64,000 bases of DNA. It comes from a virus. Taxonomy: Duplodnaviria; Heunggongvirae; Uroviricota; Caudoviricetes. The position numbers and the translations under genes were made by a program. Where the stretch lies: IMG/VR virus record IMGVR_UViG_3300028906_000002; one strand, written 5' to 3'. Every line of letters starts with the position of its first letter. Positions within the stretch are counted from its first letter, which is position 1. Of the stretch, positions 1 to 9,401 are shown piece by piece. The notes under the pieces are model-generated. The model worked only from the letters and a program-made list of their open reading frames with translations, was not told the origin of the DNA and did no database searches.

Positions 1-261
1 GACGTTTTGGAAAGATGTTCAATCTCTAAAAAACTTGCGTGGGCCAATCCAGAATTGCGAGCAAGGGCCTCATTAGCTGCAAAAAATCGTCCGCCTGTTT
101 CGGCAGAAACGAGAGCCAAATTATCTGAATCTGGTAAGAGAAGGCCTCCTCAATCTATAGAAGATCGCGCTAAAAAATCAGAGGCAGCTAAACGCAGACC
201 TCCGATCTCAGAGGAAACGCGGGCTAAGTTGCGACTTCCGAAATCATATAAATCACGATAG
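1..261 (+). CDS. homing-endonuclease C-terminal fragment with NUMOD3-like DNA-binding repeats (5' partial, runs off window)
   Basis: Three tandem copies of a R-P-P-x-S-x-E-T/D-R-A-K-x-S-E motif resembling NUMOD3 modules of phage homing endonucleases. No upstream stop before window edge. Confidence 0.45.
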   Translation, partial: DVLERCSISKKLAWANPELRARASLAAKNRPPVSAETRAKLSESGKRRPPQSIEDRAKKSEAAKRRPPISEETRAKLRLPKSYKSR

Positions 262-316
262 CGCTGGAACCTTTGTCTCTCCACGGAATTGCCATATTCA
301 ACGGAGGACTACCCCT

Positions 317-562
317 ATGAGCTGCTTCAGTTTATCCTTCTGGGAAAATGTGTGCGTGCTCATCGTCATAATCATCGCTCTATGGTCGCTGATTCAATTA
401 CTACTTCCCTATTTGACCCAATTTCTGCCGGCGCTCGTCATCGCCATTATCCGAATCATCGTTTGGGCTGTGATAGCGATAATCTGTATCTACGTAATTT
501 TCGGATTGCTCTCATGCTTGCTGAGCGCTGGAGGTGGGCTCGGTTTGCACGGCTTTCACTGA
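317..562 (+). CDS. small hydrophobic membrane protein (81 aa, 2-3 predicted TM helices)
   Basis: ORF is almost entirely I/L/V/A/W rich. The alternative overlapping frame 289-648 is less protein-like. Confidence 0.3.
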   Translation: MSCFSLSFWENVCVLIVIIIALWSLIQLLLPYLTQFLPALVIAIIRIIVWAVIAIICIYVIFGLLSCLLSAGGGLGLHGFH

Positions 563-704
563 CAGCCAGACGCAAAACTGCCCGATTGAGGATCAGAACG
601 ATTCCGGCGAGTGCCCAAAGCCAGACCGGAATCGGCCATCAAATATAGACCAATTGCCGCCAGTACCGCGCGGTCCACGAAGCATATGTAGGAATTGTTG
701 AGCT

Positions 705-827
705 ATGAAACCGATGAAGTTCATCGAGAACAAGCTACGCGATTACGGTATCTGGATCGTGGTTGGGGTCGTGGTCCTGATTGCCGTTGCGCTCGTTTGG
801 TTCAATCCGGGTGTTCCAGTTGGCTGA
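705..827 (+). CDS. 41-aa single-TM peptide
   Basis: ATG ORF MKPMKFIENKLRDYGIWIVVGVVVLIAVALVWFNPGVPVG. Charged N-terminus then a single hydrophobic helix. Below the ORF-track size cut-off. Confidence 0.2.
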   Translation: MKPMKFIENKLRDYGIWIVVGVVVLIAVALVWFNPGVPVG

Positions 828-1053
828 TTATTCCGCGCAAATCGCCGATCTCCTCGCAGCGGCCGAAATATGCCAGCGGCACACCATCACAACGGCCGTG
901 AACGGAATATATCCGGAGTATCCGCGATGGCCTCAAGCTTGGGCTGCTTGCGAGATCGTATGGCGGAACTACCTCGACGCTCAAACGATGGCTGGCGTTG
1001 ACGATGAGGCTGAGCGGGAGACGGTTCTCAAAGAGGCACGTAAACTGCGATAA
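811..1053 (+). CDS. hypothetical protein
   Basis: ORF 781-1053 with a likely in-frame GTG start near 811. No recognisable motif. Confidence 0.3.
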   Translation: MFQLADYSAQIADLLAAAEICQRHTITTAVNGIYPEYPRWPQAWAACEIVWRNYLDAQTMAGVDDEAERETVLKEARKLR

Positions 1054-1238
1054 TGTGCGATGTTGCTTGTATGTGATGCAAAGGAAAGTCAGCACTTAGA
1101 AAAGTAACCAGAAGCACCACACCATATTGTTTTCTCTTGCGGATCGGGATTAGACCAGATCCACCAAAACAATGTGCCGAGTACGATGAAGAAGACAGCA
1201 ACCCGTATCATGTTTTCGTTTCCTGCTGATGACCGCAA

Positions 1239-1730
1239 CTAGCGGCCGGCGTGTGATGGCCAGCGCTCTTTGCCGTGAAGATGATACTGGACGCAACTGA
1301 GCGAAACTCCAAACCTCTTTGCGATCGAGGTCTTGGGCATCGTTCCCTTGAGAGATTTTATCTCCGCTATCTGATCTGGCAGAAGTTCCCGCTTCCCGGC
1401 TCGACCTTGAGAGCGGCCATGAAGGGACTTGTCTTGGCAATTCCCTTGGTTGTTCTTCCATTCGAGATGGCGCGGGTTGCAGCATCCGAGGTGTCCGTTG
1501 CCGCAATTGTGCGCGGCCTGGGGCCTTTCTGCTGGCGCTTGGCCATGGACCAATTCGCACATGAAGCGGTGCGCCCAATATAGCTTACCGCGATATCCAA
1601 GAACTCCGCGGCCGACGCGCTTGTCAGTAGAAAATGGCCACTTCAGGCAATCATCGCCCGCATAGTTGACGTGAGCGAAAACCCACTTCGCCGCTTTGCC
1701 ATTACCTTTGTTGTGTACGCCGCTCGGCAT
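1239..1730 (-). CDS. HNH homing endonuclease with C-terminal helix-turn-helix
   Basis: Canonical HNH motif HNCGNGHLGCCNPRHLEW. C-terminal IAEIKSLKGTMPKTSIAKRFGVSLSCVQYHL looks like an HTH. Confidence 0.8.
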   Translation of the reverse strand: MPSGVHNKGNGKAAKWVFAHVNYAGDDCLKWPFSTDKRVGRGVLGYRGKLYWAHRFMCELVHGQAPAERPQAAHNCGNGHLGCCNPRHLEWKNNQGNCQDKSLHGRSQGRAGKRELLPDQIAEIKSLKGTMPKTSIAKRFGVSLSCVQYHLHGKERWPSHAGR

Positions 1731-1748
1731 AGTTTCCCAATCTACCTA

Positions 1749-2168
1749 TTAAGAAACTTTTGGTCCGATGTTGGCGAGCACGCCAAGCGCTTGCGTCGCC
1801 TGAAGCCGGTCTGCGGAATTGGCTGCGATGACCTCCAGCGTCTTTCGCATCAGTTCGTGCTCATTTATCAATCGATCGTTGTCCGTATCTTTCGGCTCAT
1901 TCTCCCACGGGATAAGGGAGGCAAAGACCTCTGACGCGTGGTCTAATTCCCGGATTGCTTCGGCGCTCCGATCCTCAAATGCTACTTTCCGGGCGGCGAT
2001 AACGAGTCGGCTCAGGCCAATTATTGGGCGTTTGTTCCACAACTCCACAGTATCAGCCGTACCGGCGCAATCATCACATGCGGGTCCCGCGCGATCGGTC
2101 GATGCCCAACCTTCTGGGTCAATATTCTGGGAACCGCAAAATGGGCATGGTATAAGTTGCATCTTCAT
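1749..2168 (-). CDS. Lar-like restriction-alleviation protein (N-terminal zinc ribbon)
   Basis: N-terminus MKMQLIPCPFCGSQN matches the CPFCG zinc-ribbon signature of the Lar family. A second Cys pair follows (CDDC). Confidence 0.55.
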   Translation of the reverse strand: MKMQLIPCPFCGSQNIDPEGWASTDRAGPACDDCAGTADTVELWNKRPIIGLSRLVIAARKVAFEDRSAEAIRELDHASEVFASLIPWENEPKDTDNDRLINEHELMRKTLEVIAANSADRLQATQALGVLANIGPKVS

Positions 2169-2201
2169 TTCTCCTAACGACGCGCGGCTTCGAGCCTAAT
2201 A

Positions 2202-2558
2202 CTACTTCCCTTTCAGAAAGACATTCAGCATGGCCACAACCGCAACGGTATCTTTTCCCATCGCCGAATCAACATAGTCTCCATCCGTTTGCTTCATGTT
2301 ATGGTGCTTTAATAGAAGATTGCGAATTTGTTTTACGCCGCCAGTTGTTATCAGATGCTTATCCGGACCGACCGATATTTCCGGTGCTGGCTTTTGAACT
2401 TCGGTAGGCTTTTCGTCATGATCACCGAAGTAATTGTCCAGAATCTTGGCGACTGCGAGAATGGCAAGTAAATCAACGAAGCCGAGCGAATGTTGATCAA
2501 TAGCGGCAATAATTATGCCACATGCGGTAATCCATATCGCTTTGGATCGGACTTTCAT
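2202..2558 (-). CDS. hypothetical protein, probable membrane protein
   Basis: Hydrophobic N-terminal half. 4-nt overlap with the downstream gene in the same operon. Confidence 0.45.
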   Translation of the reverse strand: MKVRSKAIWITACGIIIAAIDQHSLGFVDLLAILAVAKILDNYFGDHDEKPTEVQKPAPEISVGPDKHLITTGGVKQIRNLLLKHHNMKQTDGDYVDSAMGKDTVAVVAMLNVFLKGK

Positions 2559-3061
2559 TTTATCCTGTGAGCGGCTTGGGCATAGTCGATGGCTTCACCA
2601 AGATCAGGCTGTTCCGTAAATTGCTCCTGTGCCAGTTCTTGCGTTACCTGCCTGCGCTCGGTTGCAGCAACCGTCAATGCCGCAACTCCGGATTCCTTGG
2701 CCTCACGATTCGCTGATTGTATCACCTCGACGATCGTTGCGAGCCTGGTATTGATGCTCGCACTATAGGCCGCCAGCATATCATTTCGGCGCTGCAGATA
2801 ACTGATCTCTTTTTGATAATATTCTCGGTCATCCATAATGGTGTTTTCCAGAGCTTCGTTCTTATGGGCAAGTTCCCGCAACATAGTCTGTGCTTCCATG
2901 AGTTGGTCACACGTGTTGACGTAGTTCCCGCGCATTGTCTCATAGTCATTTAAAGCAACTTCGATCGGATTTGGCCCCTGAGGTGGCGGTTCTGGCGGAA
3001 CTTGGCGTTGCAGGACGCGGAGCCATGATGGCGCGGTTTGGCGTAGGGCTTTCTCAGACAT
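2555..3061 (-). CDS. hypothetical coiled-coil protein
   Basis: 168 aa. Charged heptad-like segments (EISYLQRRNDMLAAYSASINTRLATIVEV). Confidence 0.45.
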   Translation of the reverse strand: MSEKALRQTAPSWLRVLQRQVPPEPPPQGPNPIEVALNDYETMRGNYVNTCDQLMEAQTMLRELAHKNEALENTIMDDREYYQKEISYLQRRNDMLAAYSASINTRLATIVEVIQSANREAKESGVAALTVAATERRQVTQELAQEQFTEQPDLGEAIDYAQAAHRIK

Positions 3062-3069
3062 GTGGGTTC

Positions 3070-3636
3070 CTAACTATATCGTTTTGCGTAATATTCTGCT
3101 CTTGAAATCATGGATGCTCCAAGAATCATGCCTGTATCGGCATTAACTTTGAGTCCATGAAGTGGGCAGGTGATTATGCCATTGATCGCTGGAGTTGATC
3201 CGAGCGGGAATTGTTGGTGGGGACAGACGAATCCGCGCTTTCCTTTCCAGCAAATGCGGCCCTTAAATCCATCATTCAGTTTTTGCATATTTCCGCCATC
3301 TGGACCGACGAATATGTGCTGCTTTCTGAGGCATTTGCGACGGCCGTAGAAGAGTTTTCCGAGCGGCTGCCAATCAACGTGGCGATTAACGGTTTCTGCG
3401 CCATGAAGTGGATTGCTATGAACGTCGTATAAAAGAGCTTTCCGAAGTCTCACAAACCGGTAATCCAAGTGGTAGTGCTTCAATTGAAAATTTAGAAACT
3501 CCTCGTCATCATGCTTGAGACCGATTACCGGCCAATCGCGAACGATATGGTTCCATTCGCCATGAACAAGCGGAACCAAATAGTGCTGCCCGACGATCGG
3601 CGGTTCCTTGAGGCGGTCCACACGTTGCAATTTCAT
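3070..3636 (-). CDS. Rieske [2Fe-2S]-domain protein
   Basis: C-terminal CPH-x16-CPLH matches the Rieske CXH...CXXH spacing (VCPHQQFPLGSTPAINGIITCPLHG). N-terminal 140 aa unassigned. Confidence 0.5.
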   Translation of the reverse strand: MKLQRVDRLKEPPIVGQHYLVPLVHGEWNHIVRDWPVIGLKHDDEEFLNFQLKHYHLDYRFVRLRKALLYDVHSNPLHGAETVNRHVDWQPLGKLFYGRRKCLRKQHIFVGPDGGNMQKLNDGFKGRICWKGKRGFVCPHQQFPLGSTPAINGIITCPLHGLKVNADTGMILGASMISRAEYYAKRYS

Positions 3637-4118
3637 GTCCGGAACTTTCTGCCCTTGGGGAACGATCGGCTCGGAATCCGTTTCTTTGGCTCCTGCGGCC
3701 GTTTTCTGTGCGGTTTGGCAGCTTTCTTGGGCTTGCGGGGCCGGGACTGCTTTGGTGCATCGGTGGCTTCGGCTGGCTTACTGGAGCGATACCGAGCATA
3801 GTTCCATGCCGCTATCACAAATGGGTCCATCCCGGCCCTATCCCAAAAATCACGTTCATTCATGGCGTGCTGCTCGGCGTGGCATCCGATCACGGCCGGA
3901 TATCGTCCAAGACGCGGCCCGCACAGAGGTGTGCACCACATATCGCTTGGCTTTTCTCGCATCCCGGTCGGTAATTTCTTCAGTGAAGCGTTTGCCATCC
4001 GGATATGAGCGGCCTGAGACATGCCGATTGTTCCGCAAACGCAGCACGGCAGAGTTTTGGTAAAAGCCAAGAATCCAGGATCGAGGATTCTTGGCTGCCG
4101 TTGTCGGAGTTCGGTCAA
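3633..4118 (-). CDS. HNH-like Cys/His nuclease-family protein (DUF968-like) with basic C-terminal tail
   Basis: CCVCG...AAHIR...W.TPLC...GCHAEQH pattern typical of HNH-like prophage proteins. K/R/P-rich C-terminus. Confidence 0.5.
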   Translation of the reverse strand: MTELRQRQPRILDPGFLAFTKTLPCCVCGTIGMSQAAHIRMANASLKKLPTGMREKPSDMWCTPLCGPRLGRYPAVIGCHAEQHAMNERDFWDRAGMDPFVIAAWNYARYRSSKPAEATDAPKQSRPRKPKKAAKPHRKRPQEPKKRIPSRSFPKGRKFRT

Positions 4119-4119
4119 T

Positions 4120-4821
4120 TTACTTACTTCCTAAAGTCTTGCCGACCCAATCGCTGATGCTGGACGGCAACCACCACAATGAGACGCTTGAAGGAACGAC
4201 GCCATTCCATTTGTTGGCGACAGTACGGGTACCCTCTGCCGTAGCTAGAGCTTGCAGAGTTACGGTATGCGGTGCCAAGGCCTGAGCGACCGCCAAATCT
4301 TGCGATGCGATATACCGACGATCAATGCCAGCCTGCACGGCGGGAGCAAATTCGAAAGTATCAGCCCAACCGATGAAATCGAGTGTGATTCCAACCGATG
4401 TCATATAGGCTTCTACCTTCTTCTGGATATCGGTCATAATCGCCGATGCCTGCTTGTTGTTGTCATCCAGCGTCCGGGACGTCATTTCGTCACAGACGAG
4501 GGATTGAACCCGAGACCTAACTGGACCATCCATCACTTGGGCAAGCGACTTTCTGTAATAGACCGAAGTAAATATTACGTTCGGATCGGCACGATCGCCA
4601 GTCGGCGGATTGACGCCAAATCTGAATAGAAATTTGGCGGCATTTTCTTCGAAAACTGACGCGCCGATCGCGATTCCGACCGTGATATCTAGGCCTTCCG
4701 ATGACTGGCACGGAAACGAGGGATTCTTAACTTCTTCTCGCAATGTTTCCTCAGACTTTTGAGGAAAACTGCCTTCGCGGATGTCTCTGGCAATTTGATC
4801 CATTAGAGATTTCTCGCTCAT
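4120..4821 (-). CDS. hypothetical protein (233 aa)
   Basis: ORF 4120-4875. Likely start is Met19 (4821), which sits 3 nt after the upstream gene's stop. No confident domain. Confidence 0.5.
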   Translation of the reverse strand: MSEKSLMDQIARDIREGSFPQKSEETLREEVKNPSFPCQSSEGLDITVGIAIGASVFEENAAKFLFRFGVNPPTGDRADPNVIFTSVYYRKSLAQVMDGPVRSRVQSLVCDEMTSRTLDDNNKQASAIMTDIQKKVEAYMTSVGITLDFIGWADTFEFAPAVQAGIDRRYIASQDLAVAQALAPHTVTLQALATAEGTRTVANKWNGVVPSSVSLWWLPSSISDWVGKTLGSK

Positions 4822-4823
4822 GC

Positions 4824-5036
4824 CTATAACCTTTCGATCAGATGCTGCACACGCGGACCGCGCACGATCTTGCATTGGAAAGCTTCATCCGGCGCATTGA
4901 GTATCTTCTCAGCGCGTTCTTTTTCGAATGCGGCCCATTCACGGGTTTTCTGTATGATCTCGGCACGCGTGAGCCGTCCCCAGTCTTGGTATCCGCCTGC
5001 GCCTTTGAGGCTGCAGACCGTCATGATTTCGCTCAT
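4824..5036 (-). CDS. hypothetical protein (70 aa)
   Basis: Stop at 4824 abuts the start of the next gene in the operon. Confidence 0.4.
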   Translation of the reverse strand: MSEIMTVCSLKGAGGYQDWGRLTRAEIIQKTREWAAFEKERAEKILNAPDEAFQCKIVRGPRVQHLIERL

Positions 5037-5187
5037 GCCACTTTCCGATCACCACGAATTTCCTGTTTCATCTGCTTGAGCACGAGCCATACTAGCCTTT
5101 CCTCAAGCACGGTGCGGCGGCGAGCGCGCGGCTTGAGGGTTTTCGATTGGAGTTCGTCGCGCGTGACGGTGATTTGCGCGGAAAGGA

Positions 5188-5427
5188 TCATTTCGGTGGT
5201 TCCAGCATCGGCATCCAGTGCGTGAAAGCATCATCAGGCCAAACCGTGCAGAGCGTCTTTTCTAGCCACGGACAATCCTCGCGGACATTCAGTTTATAGC
5301 TAACTGAAACGGGGCATTTCCAAACCCTGTGCCAAACTAAGATCGTTGTGCCATCCCTCGGTGCCGCTTCGATCGGTTGCCACTGAGGCAAGACGCCGAC
5401 CTCAAACTGAACTGATTCGTCGGTCAT
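5188..5427 (-). CDS. DUF551-like phage protein
   Basis: QWQPIEAAPRDGTTILVWH resembles the DUF551 core (W..IE..P.DG..ILV). Confidence 0.5.
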   Translation of the reverse strand: MTDESVQFEVGVLPQWQPIEAAPRDGTTILVWHRVWKCPVSVSYKLNVREDCPWLEKTLCTVWPDDAFTHWMPMLEPPK

Positions 5428-5680
5428 TTAGATTCCTCAGAATTGGTTGGCCCGCGCCTTCGAAGGCGGCTCCGTTAGCGCGGGCGTGCCGGGCCTATTT
5501 GGAACATCACCGGCGTTTACCGGCTCAATGGCCCGGAATCGGGGCTTTCGTCTTGAAAGTTTTTCTTCTTTCCGTTATAGCAGTCGAGGTCGTCATTCCC
5601 GGCAAGGAACGACGACCTCTGATTGTCGGGGCGGAATGTCGCCCTCTCGCTGGAGAAATCCCTATTATTTTGGGATGACA

Positions 5681-6187
5681 TTAATGGCCGGAATTTTGTT
5701 GTAGTTCATCGGGCGAAACCTTAATCATGTTGCTTACGATCTGGAGAATAGCATCCTTGGATTCCTGAAAGTCTTTCTTGTTCATTTTCCTGCGTGATTG
5801 GCTCTTTGCGGTACGGCGAACCACGAGAGGACCACGAACGATCACGAGGGCAAAATCACCCAAACCTTGAAATGCTGCCGCGACGCGCAGTGCGGCAGCA
5901 TTTGATCCAGCGTCGATAATAGTTTCATTAAAATAACCAGCGTCAATGAGGGCTCGTTTTCTAAGATGCTCTGGCGTCGGGTAGATGTCGGCTAAGTCCT
6001 CTGAAAGATGCTTCCATGCCTCACGCAAAAAAGCGAACTCATGACGGTGACTGGCTTCCGATCGTTCTTCTATCGGCGCAAGAAAATATTCCTCTCCGAC
6101 TGTGTAGATTTTGTCGGCATACTTTGGGCGTAGAGGGCGCATAACATCCCCCTCCCAAACAAAGGCCAGAGGTGGCTCACCACTCAT
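5681..6187 (-). CDS. DUF1367-like phage protein
   Basis: FVWEGD...HRHEFAFLREAW pattern and position directly downstream of RecT, as in lambdoid phages. Confidence 0.4.
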   Translation of the reverse strand: MSGEPPLAFVWEGDVMRPLRPKYADKIYTVGEEYFLAPIEERSEASHRHEFAFLREAWKHLSEDLADIYPTPEHLRKRALIDAGYFNETIIDAGSNAAALRVAAAFQGLGDFALVIVRGPLVVRRTAKSQSRRKMNKKDFQESKDAILQIVSNMIKVSPDELQQNSGH

Positions 6188-7170
6188 TTAGATGTCCTCA
6201 GTACTCCTGCGATCTTGTCCAATTCCTGGCGTACCTGCAGCGCATCATCTTTGTGTTTGGCCCAATAGCGTTGCAGTCCCTCTCGGTTGCGAACCATCAT
6301 GCTTTCCAACTCTTCCGGTTTGGTGCATTTGTGTGCCGCGATCAGGATATCATCCCCGTAACGACCGGCCGAAATAAACTTGAGCGTGCCTTCTGCATCG
6401 ACGAAGGGATATTCGTCATCAAGCATGGAAATCGTTTTCTTGCGGCGTTCCTCGCGCTCCTGTTCGACCATCTCGGAGGCGGTCAAATCCTGGGCGATGG
6501 CGCGGTCCATTTCTTCCGGTGCATAGACACCTGAGAATGTTTCGGGCCAGCCGCCGCGAAGCGCCTGCATCCTAGCGCATTTGTCGATTTGATTGCGGCC
6601 CATCTTGGCCCATAGGCCACTCGAATCTACCGCGAGCCCAGCATCTGCGCCCTCACGCAGAACCTTCTTTTTCTTCGGCTTCCCGCTGTCTTTCCACGTC
6701 TCGCCGGTATCGATCCAGTCGAACGCATCTGGATTGGTTTTTAGAGGAACAAATTCATCCCAATAGGCAGTTCCGTTGACGGGATGCCATATTGCCGAGC
6801 TGTCTTGCTTCCATAGCGTTACCGTCGATTTTATGATGCCAAGCGGATTTGTCGGACCCTTCAAAGTCGGATCGTATTCCTTGACTGGTTCGGTTTCCTC
6901 AGGGCGATAATCGCGGCAGCGTGCCGCAAGCACTCGGCAACCATCCTGCGTCGTGATGATCGTCATCTGCCGCTTGGCTTCATCGTTCTTCGAAAAGACG
7001 ATCGCAATCACCTGTTTCGAGAATGGATCAAGTTGCTTGACCCGCGCATACTCCAAAAAAAGATTGAATTCGTCATCGTTCGTATCCTTGGCGACGGTAC
7101 GCTTGATCGTATCAAGCTGGCGACCGGTCCATGGCATTGCCGATTGAGCGATGGAAACTAGATTATTCAT
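6184..7170 (-). CDS. recT: RecT-family single-strand annealing protein (phage recombinase)
   Basis: N-terminal 200 aa show the RecT/Bet-like pattern (LDPFSKQVIAIVFSKNDEAKRQMTIITTQDGCRVLAARCRDY) followed by an acidic C-terminal region. Adjacent to a Gp157-like gene. Confidence 0.6.
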   Translation of the reverse strand: MNNLVSIAQSAMPWTGRQLDTIKRTVAKDTNDDEFNLFLEYARVKQLDPFSKQVIAIVFSKNDEAKRQMTIITTQDGCRVLAARCRDYRPEETEPVKEYDPTLKGPTNPLGIIKSTVTLWKQDSSAIWHPVNGTAYWDEFVPLKTNPDAFDWIDTGETWKDSGKPKKKKVLREGADAGLAVDSSGLWAKMGRNQIDKCARMQALRGGWPETFSGVYAPEEMDRAIAQDLTASEMVEQEREERRKKTISMLDDEYPFVDAEGTLKFISAGRYGDDILIAAHKCTKPEELESMMVRNREGLQRYWAKHKDDALQVRQELDKIAGVLRTSK

Positions 7171-7171
7171 G

Positions 7172-7774
7172 TCAGGCTCTCCGAATCGTTAGTGAAACGC
7201 CACCGGTTTCCAAGTGGCACCCTGGTATCGCTGGCATTTCCCGATCTAGTGCCGCCATAGCCTCGCGGCGAGCGTCGATGTTTTTGATCTTATTGATGGC
7301 ATCGATCTTTTTCTGCCGCTCGCGTAGGACTTTTACGAGGCCAGCCTTATCCAGGCTAGGGTCCTCGCGGCGCCAAAACTGAGTTGGAATCTCGCTTTCG
7401 TTATCGACCTCAACCCGTGGCGTTGCTTTGCCAAGTGAGACTGTACCGATATCGTACTCCTTGGAAGGCCATTCGGCGATGGTCATAGCCTGCTCAATTA
7501 GGCCACGTGTTGCCTCGATTCGCTTCTCCAATCGTGAGCGCCGGCTTTTCAATTCGGCCTCGCGTGCTCTGCAGCCAGCGATCATGATTTCGTCATCCTC
7601 GATCGCAAGGAGCGCCTTACGGATTTCGACATCAAGCGTCGTCTCGCCCTCAAAGGTATCGGCGAAAGCTTCATGATCGATCTCGCCATCGGCGCCGGTG
7701 AGCAACCGAGCCAATTCAAGGCGCAAACTCTTTGCTGCCTCAATAGACCGATGCAGGGTATTCGGTTCAGTCAT
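7172..7774 (-). CDS. Sipho_Gp157-like protein
   Basis: Likely start is Met41 with an AAGGTG RBS. Charged alpha-helical protein with a C-terminal ...PRVEVDNESEIPTQFWRREDPSLDKAGLVKVLRE pattern typical of Gp157, which pairs with RecT. Confidence 0.5.
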   Translation of the reverse strand: MTEPNTLHRSIEAAKSLRLELARLLTGADGEIDHEAFADTFEGETTLDVEIRKALLAIEDDEIMIAGCRAREAELKSRRSRLEKRIEATRGLIEQAMTIAEWPSKEYDIGTVSLGKATPRVEVDNESEIPTQFWRREDPSLDKAGLVKVLRERQKKIDAINKIKNIDARREAMAALDREMPAIPGCHLETGGVSLTIRRA

Positions 7775-7784
7775 AAATTCACCT

Positions 7785-9023
7785 TCAAAATGGAATGGTA
7801 TCGTCGTCAGCAACGGGAGCACGAACGATCGGAGTGTGCTCAATATGTATCTTGTCCGATCTGTCCATGACGTGCAGGCGTTCGACCACCGCAAATAACT
7901 TCTCGAATAGGAGATTTTGCATATCTCGGCAACAATCAGCTAAGCCTTCGTTCTTGTGCAACCATTCCTCGTATAGGGTACTGGCAATGAACCGATGGCC
8001 CATATCCAAGGAACGGTGGGCAAGCAAAATGCGCTGATCCCGGACAGTGCCAAACACGCCCTCTCCAAGGCCATCAACGATCGTGAAATCCTGCCGTGAC
8101 AGTTTGACTCCTAGCCTCGCGATTAGAGCAATGGCTCGGTCAATCATCTCATTTTCGAACTCATCCGGTTCGATTTCATTGTACGCCATCTTGATATCAG
8201 CGTACTTTTCCCAAAGCTTGATTGCGGCCTGGTTGCAATGGATATTGGCCCGCAGACGGAAAGCAACCGACATGAAAGCCTCTGACGGCTTCTCGTAAAC
8301 GCCTGCGAAGTCGAATCCGTTTTCGAACGTACCTTTTGGCGCCATCAAAACGGCCTGGATCAAGCTTTCATCGTCGCAGCCCGCTACGGCAATCTCCGCA
8401 TTGTGCTCAAGCACAAATGGATATTTGACGGTGCGGTCTTCCGTCAGTTCCATTTTTGCCGTCACATTATAGGTAAACAGCGAATGGTTTCCGTGCTTAT
8501 GGGCACGAACGCCGCGATAGAAAGCCTTGTCACCACTTCCAGCATGGATTTCGCAACCCGTACTAGCCGAGATCGGCTTCGTTGCGAGGAAGGTATCATG
8601 CCGATTGCGATGGCATTGTTCGATGCCTTCACCGTCAACAGCAAAGACGGTGCCATACTCGACTTCTGGCGCGAAATCGTTGATGCTGCCTTCCTCATCA
8701 ATGCAGTTGCAGTATAGTTCTCGATAGGCCTGCCAGACTTCCCAGTTACGTCCCAACTTCGTCGTGAAGCCTAATCGTTCGGCACCCATGCAGATGCGGT
8801 CGAACGATTCTCCGCGAATGTTCTCGGTCGCAACGGAAAATGGTATCGTCTCGCCATTACGGATCAGCGTGACCTTGTGTCCGGTCCGCAGAAGCGTGGC
8901 GATTGAGAATTTCAGGCCAGTGCCAAAGAACCCGATAGGACTAGCACCGACCTTCACCGAAACGCCCATGAGGGCAATCGCGTTGAGATCAATCGGCTCG
9001 GCGTTGCAAAAATAGATGGTCAT
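7785..9023 (-). CDS. hypothetical 412-aa protein with GHKL-like Gly motif
   Basis: N-terminal NAxxxLNAIA plus GFFGTGLKFS resembles GHKL ATPase N and G2 boxes, but no DxGxG box. Occupies the slot where a RecT partner exonuclease would sit. Confidence 0.45.
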   Translation of the reverse strand: MTIYFCNAEPIDLNAIALMGVSVKVGASPIGFFGTGLKFSIATLLRTGHKVTLIRNGETIPFSVATENIRGESFDRICMGAERLGFTTKLGRNWEVWQAYRELYCNCIDEEGSINDFAPEVEYGTVFAVDGEGIEQCHRNRHDTFLATKPISASTGCEIHAGSGDKAFYRGVRAHKHGNHSLFTYNVTAKMELTEDRTVKYPFVLEHNAEIAVAGCDDESLIQAVLMAPKGTFENGFDFAGVYEKPSEAFMSVAFRLRANIHCNQAAIKLWEKYADIKMAYNEIEPDEFENEMIDRAIALIARLGVKLSRQDFTIVDGLGEGVFGTVRDQRILLAHRSLDMGHRFIASTLYEEWLHKNEGLADCCRDMQNLLFEKLFAVVERLHVMDRSDKIHIEHTPIVRAPVADDDTIPF

Positions 9024-9370
9024 GCCTTCACCTTTTGCTTGCTAGCTTCCATCATCTCGACTTTCTCCGCATCCGTCTCAAAGAAAGTCGGGCGCCGATC
9101 GTCCTCATTCTTCCAAACCGCGAGTGCGTGCTTCATACGCTTGCAGTTTGGACCAGCGATCTCGCGCGCAAAGGCATCACGAATGTGCTGTTCGGCGTAT
9201 TCTCGGCTATAATCAACGCCGATAAACATGCCATGTGTCGGATTGGCGTAGTTATGGACAATCTCGCCTGCAGCCAAAAGGCTGATAGCTTCCTCTGGAG
9301 TGAGAATGATTGGCGCATCGTCGGTCATATCGGCAACTCGACCCAAAGCGTGACGAAGATAGCGAGCCAT
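9020..9370 (-). CDS. hypothetical protein
   Basis: ORF 9020-9466. Likely start at Met33 (9370). Confidence 0.35.
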   Translation of the reverse strand: MARYLRHALGRVADMTDDAPIILTPEEAISLLAAGEIVHNYANPTHGMFIGVDYSREYAEQHIRDAFAREIAGPNCKRMKHALAVWKNEDDRRPTFFETDAEKVEMMEASKQKVKA

Positions 9371-9401
9371 ACGGATATGGCGAGAAGGTTCGCGGCGGTT
9401 C

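Noticed and set aside
1150-1600. ORFs 1150-1578(-), 1275-1583(+), 1367-1600(-), 1429-1665(+)
   Set aside because: All overlap the well-supported HNH gene 1239-1730 in other frames or on the other strand.
7785-9023. Annotating the 412-aa protein as lambda-Exo/YqaJ or RecE exonuclease
   Set aside because: No recognisable PD-(D/E)XK motif set. Synteny alone is insufficient.
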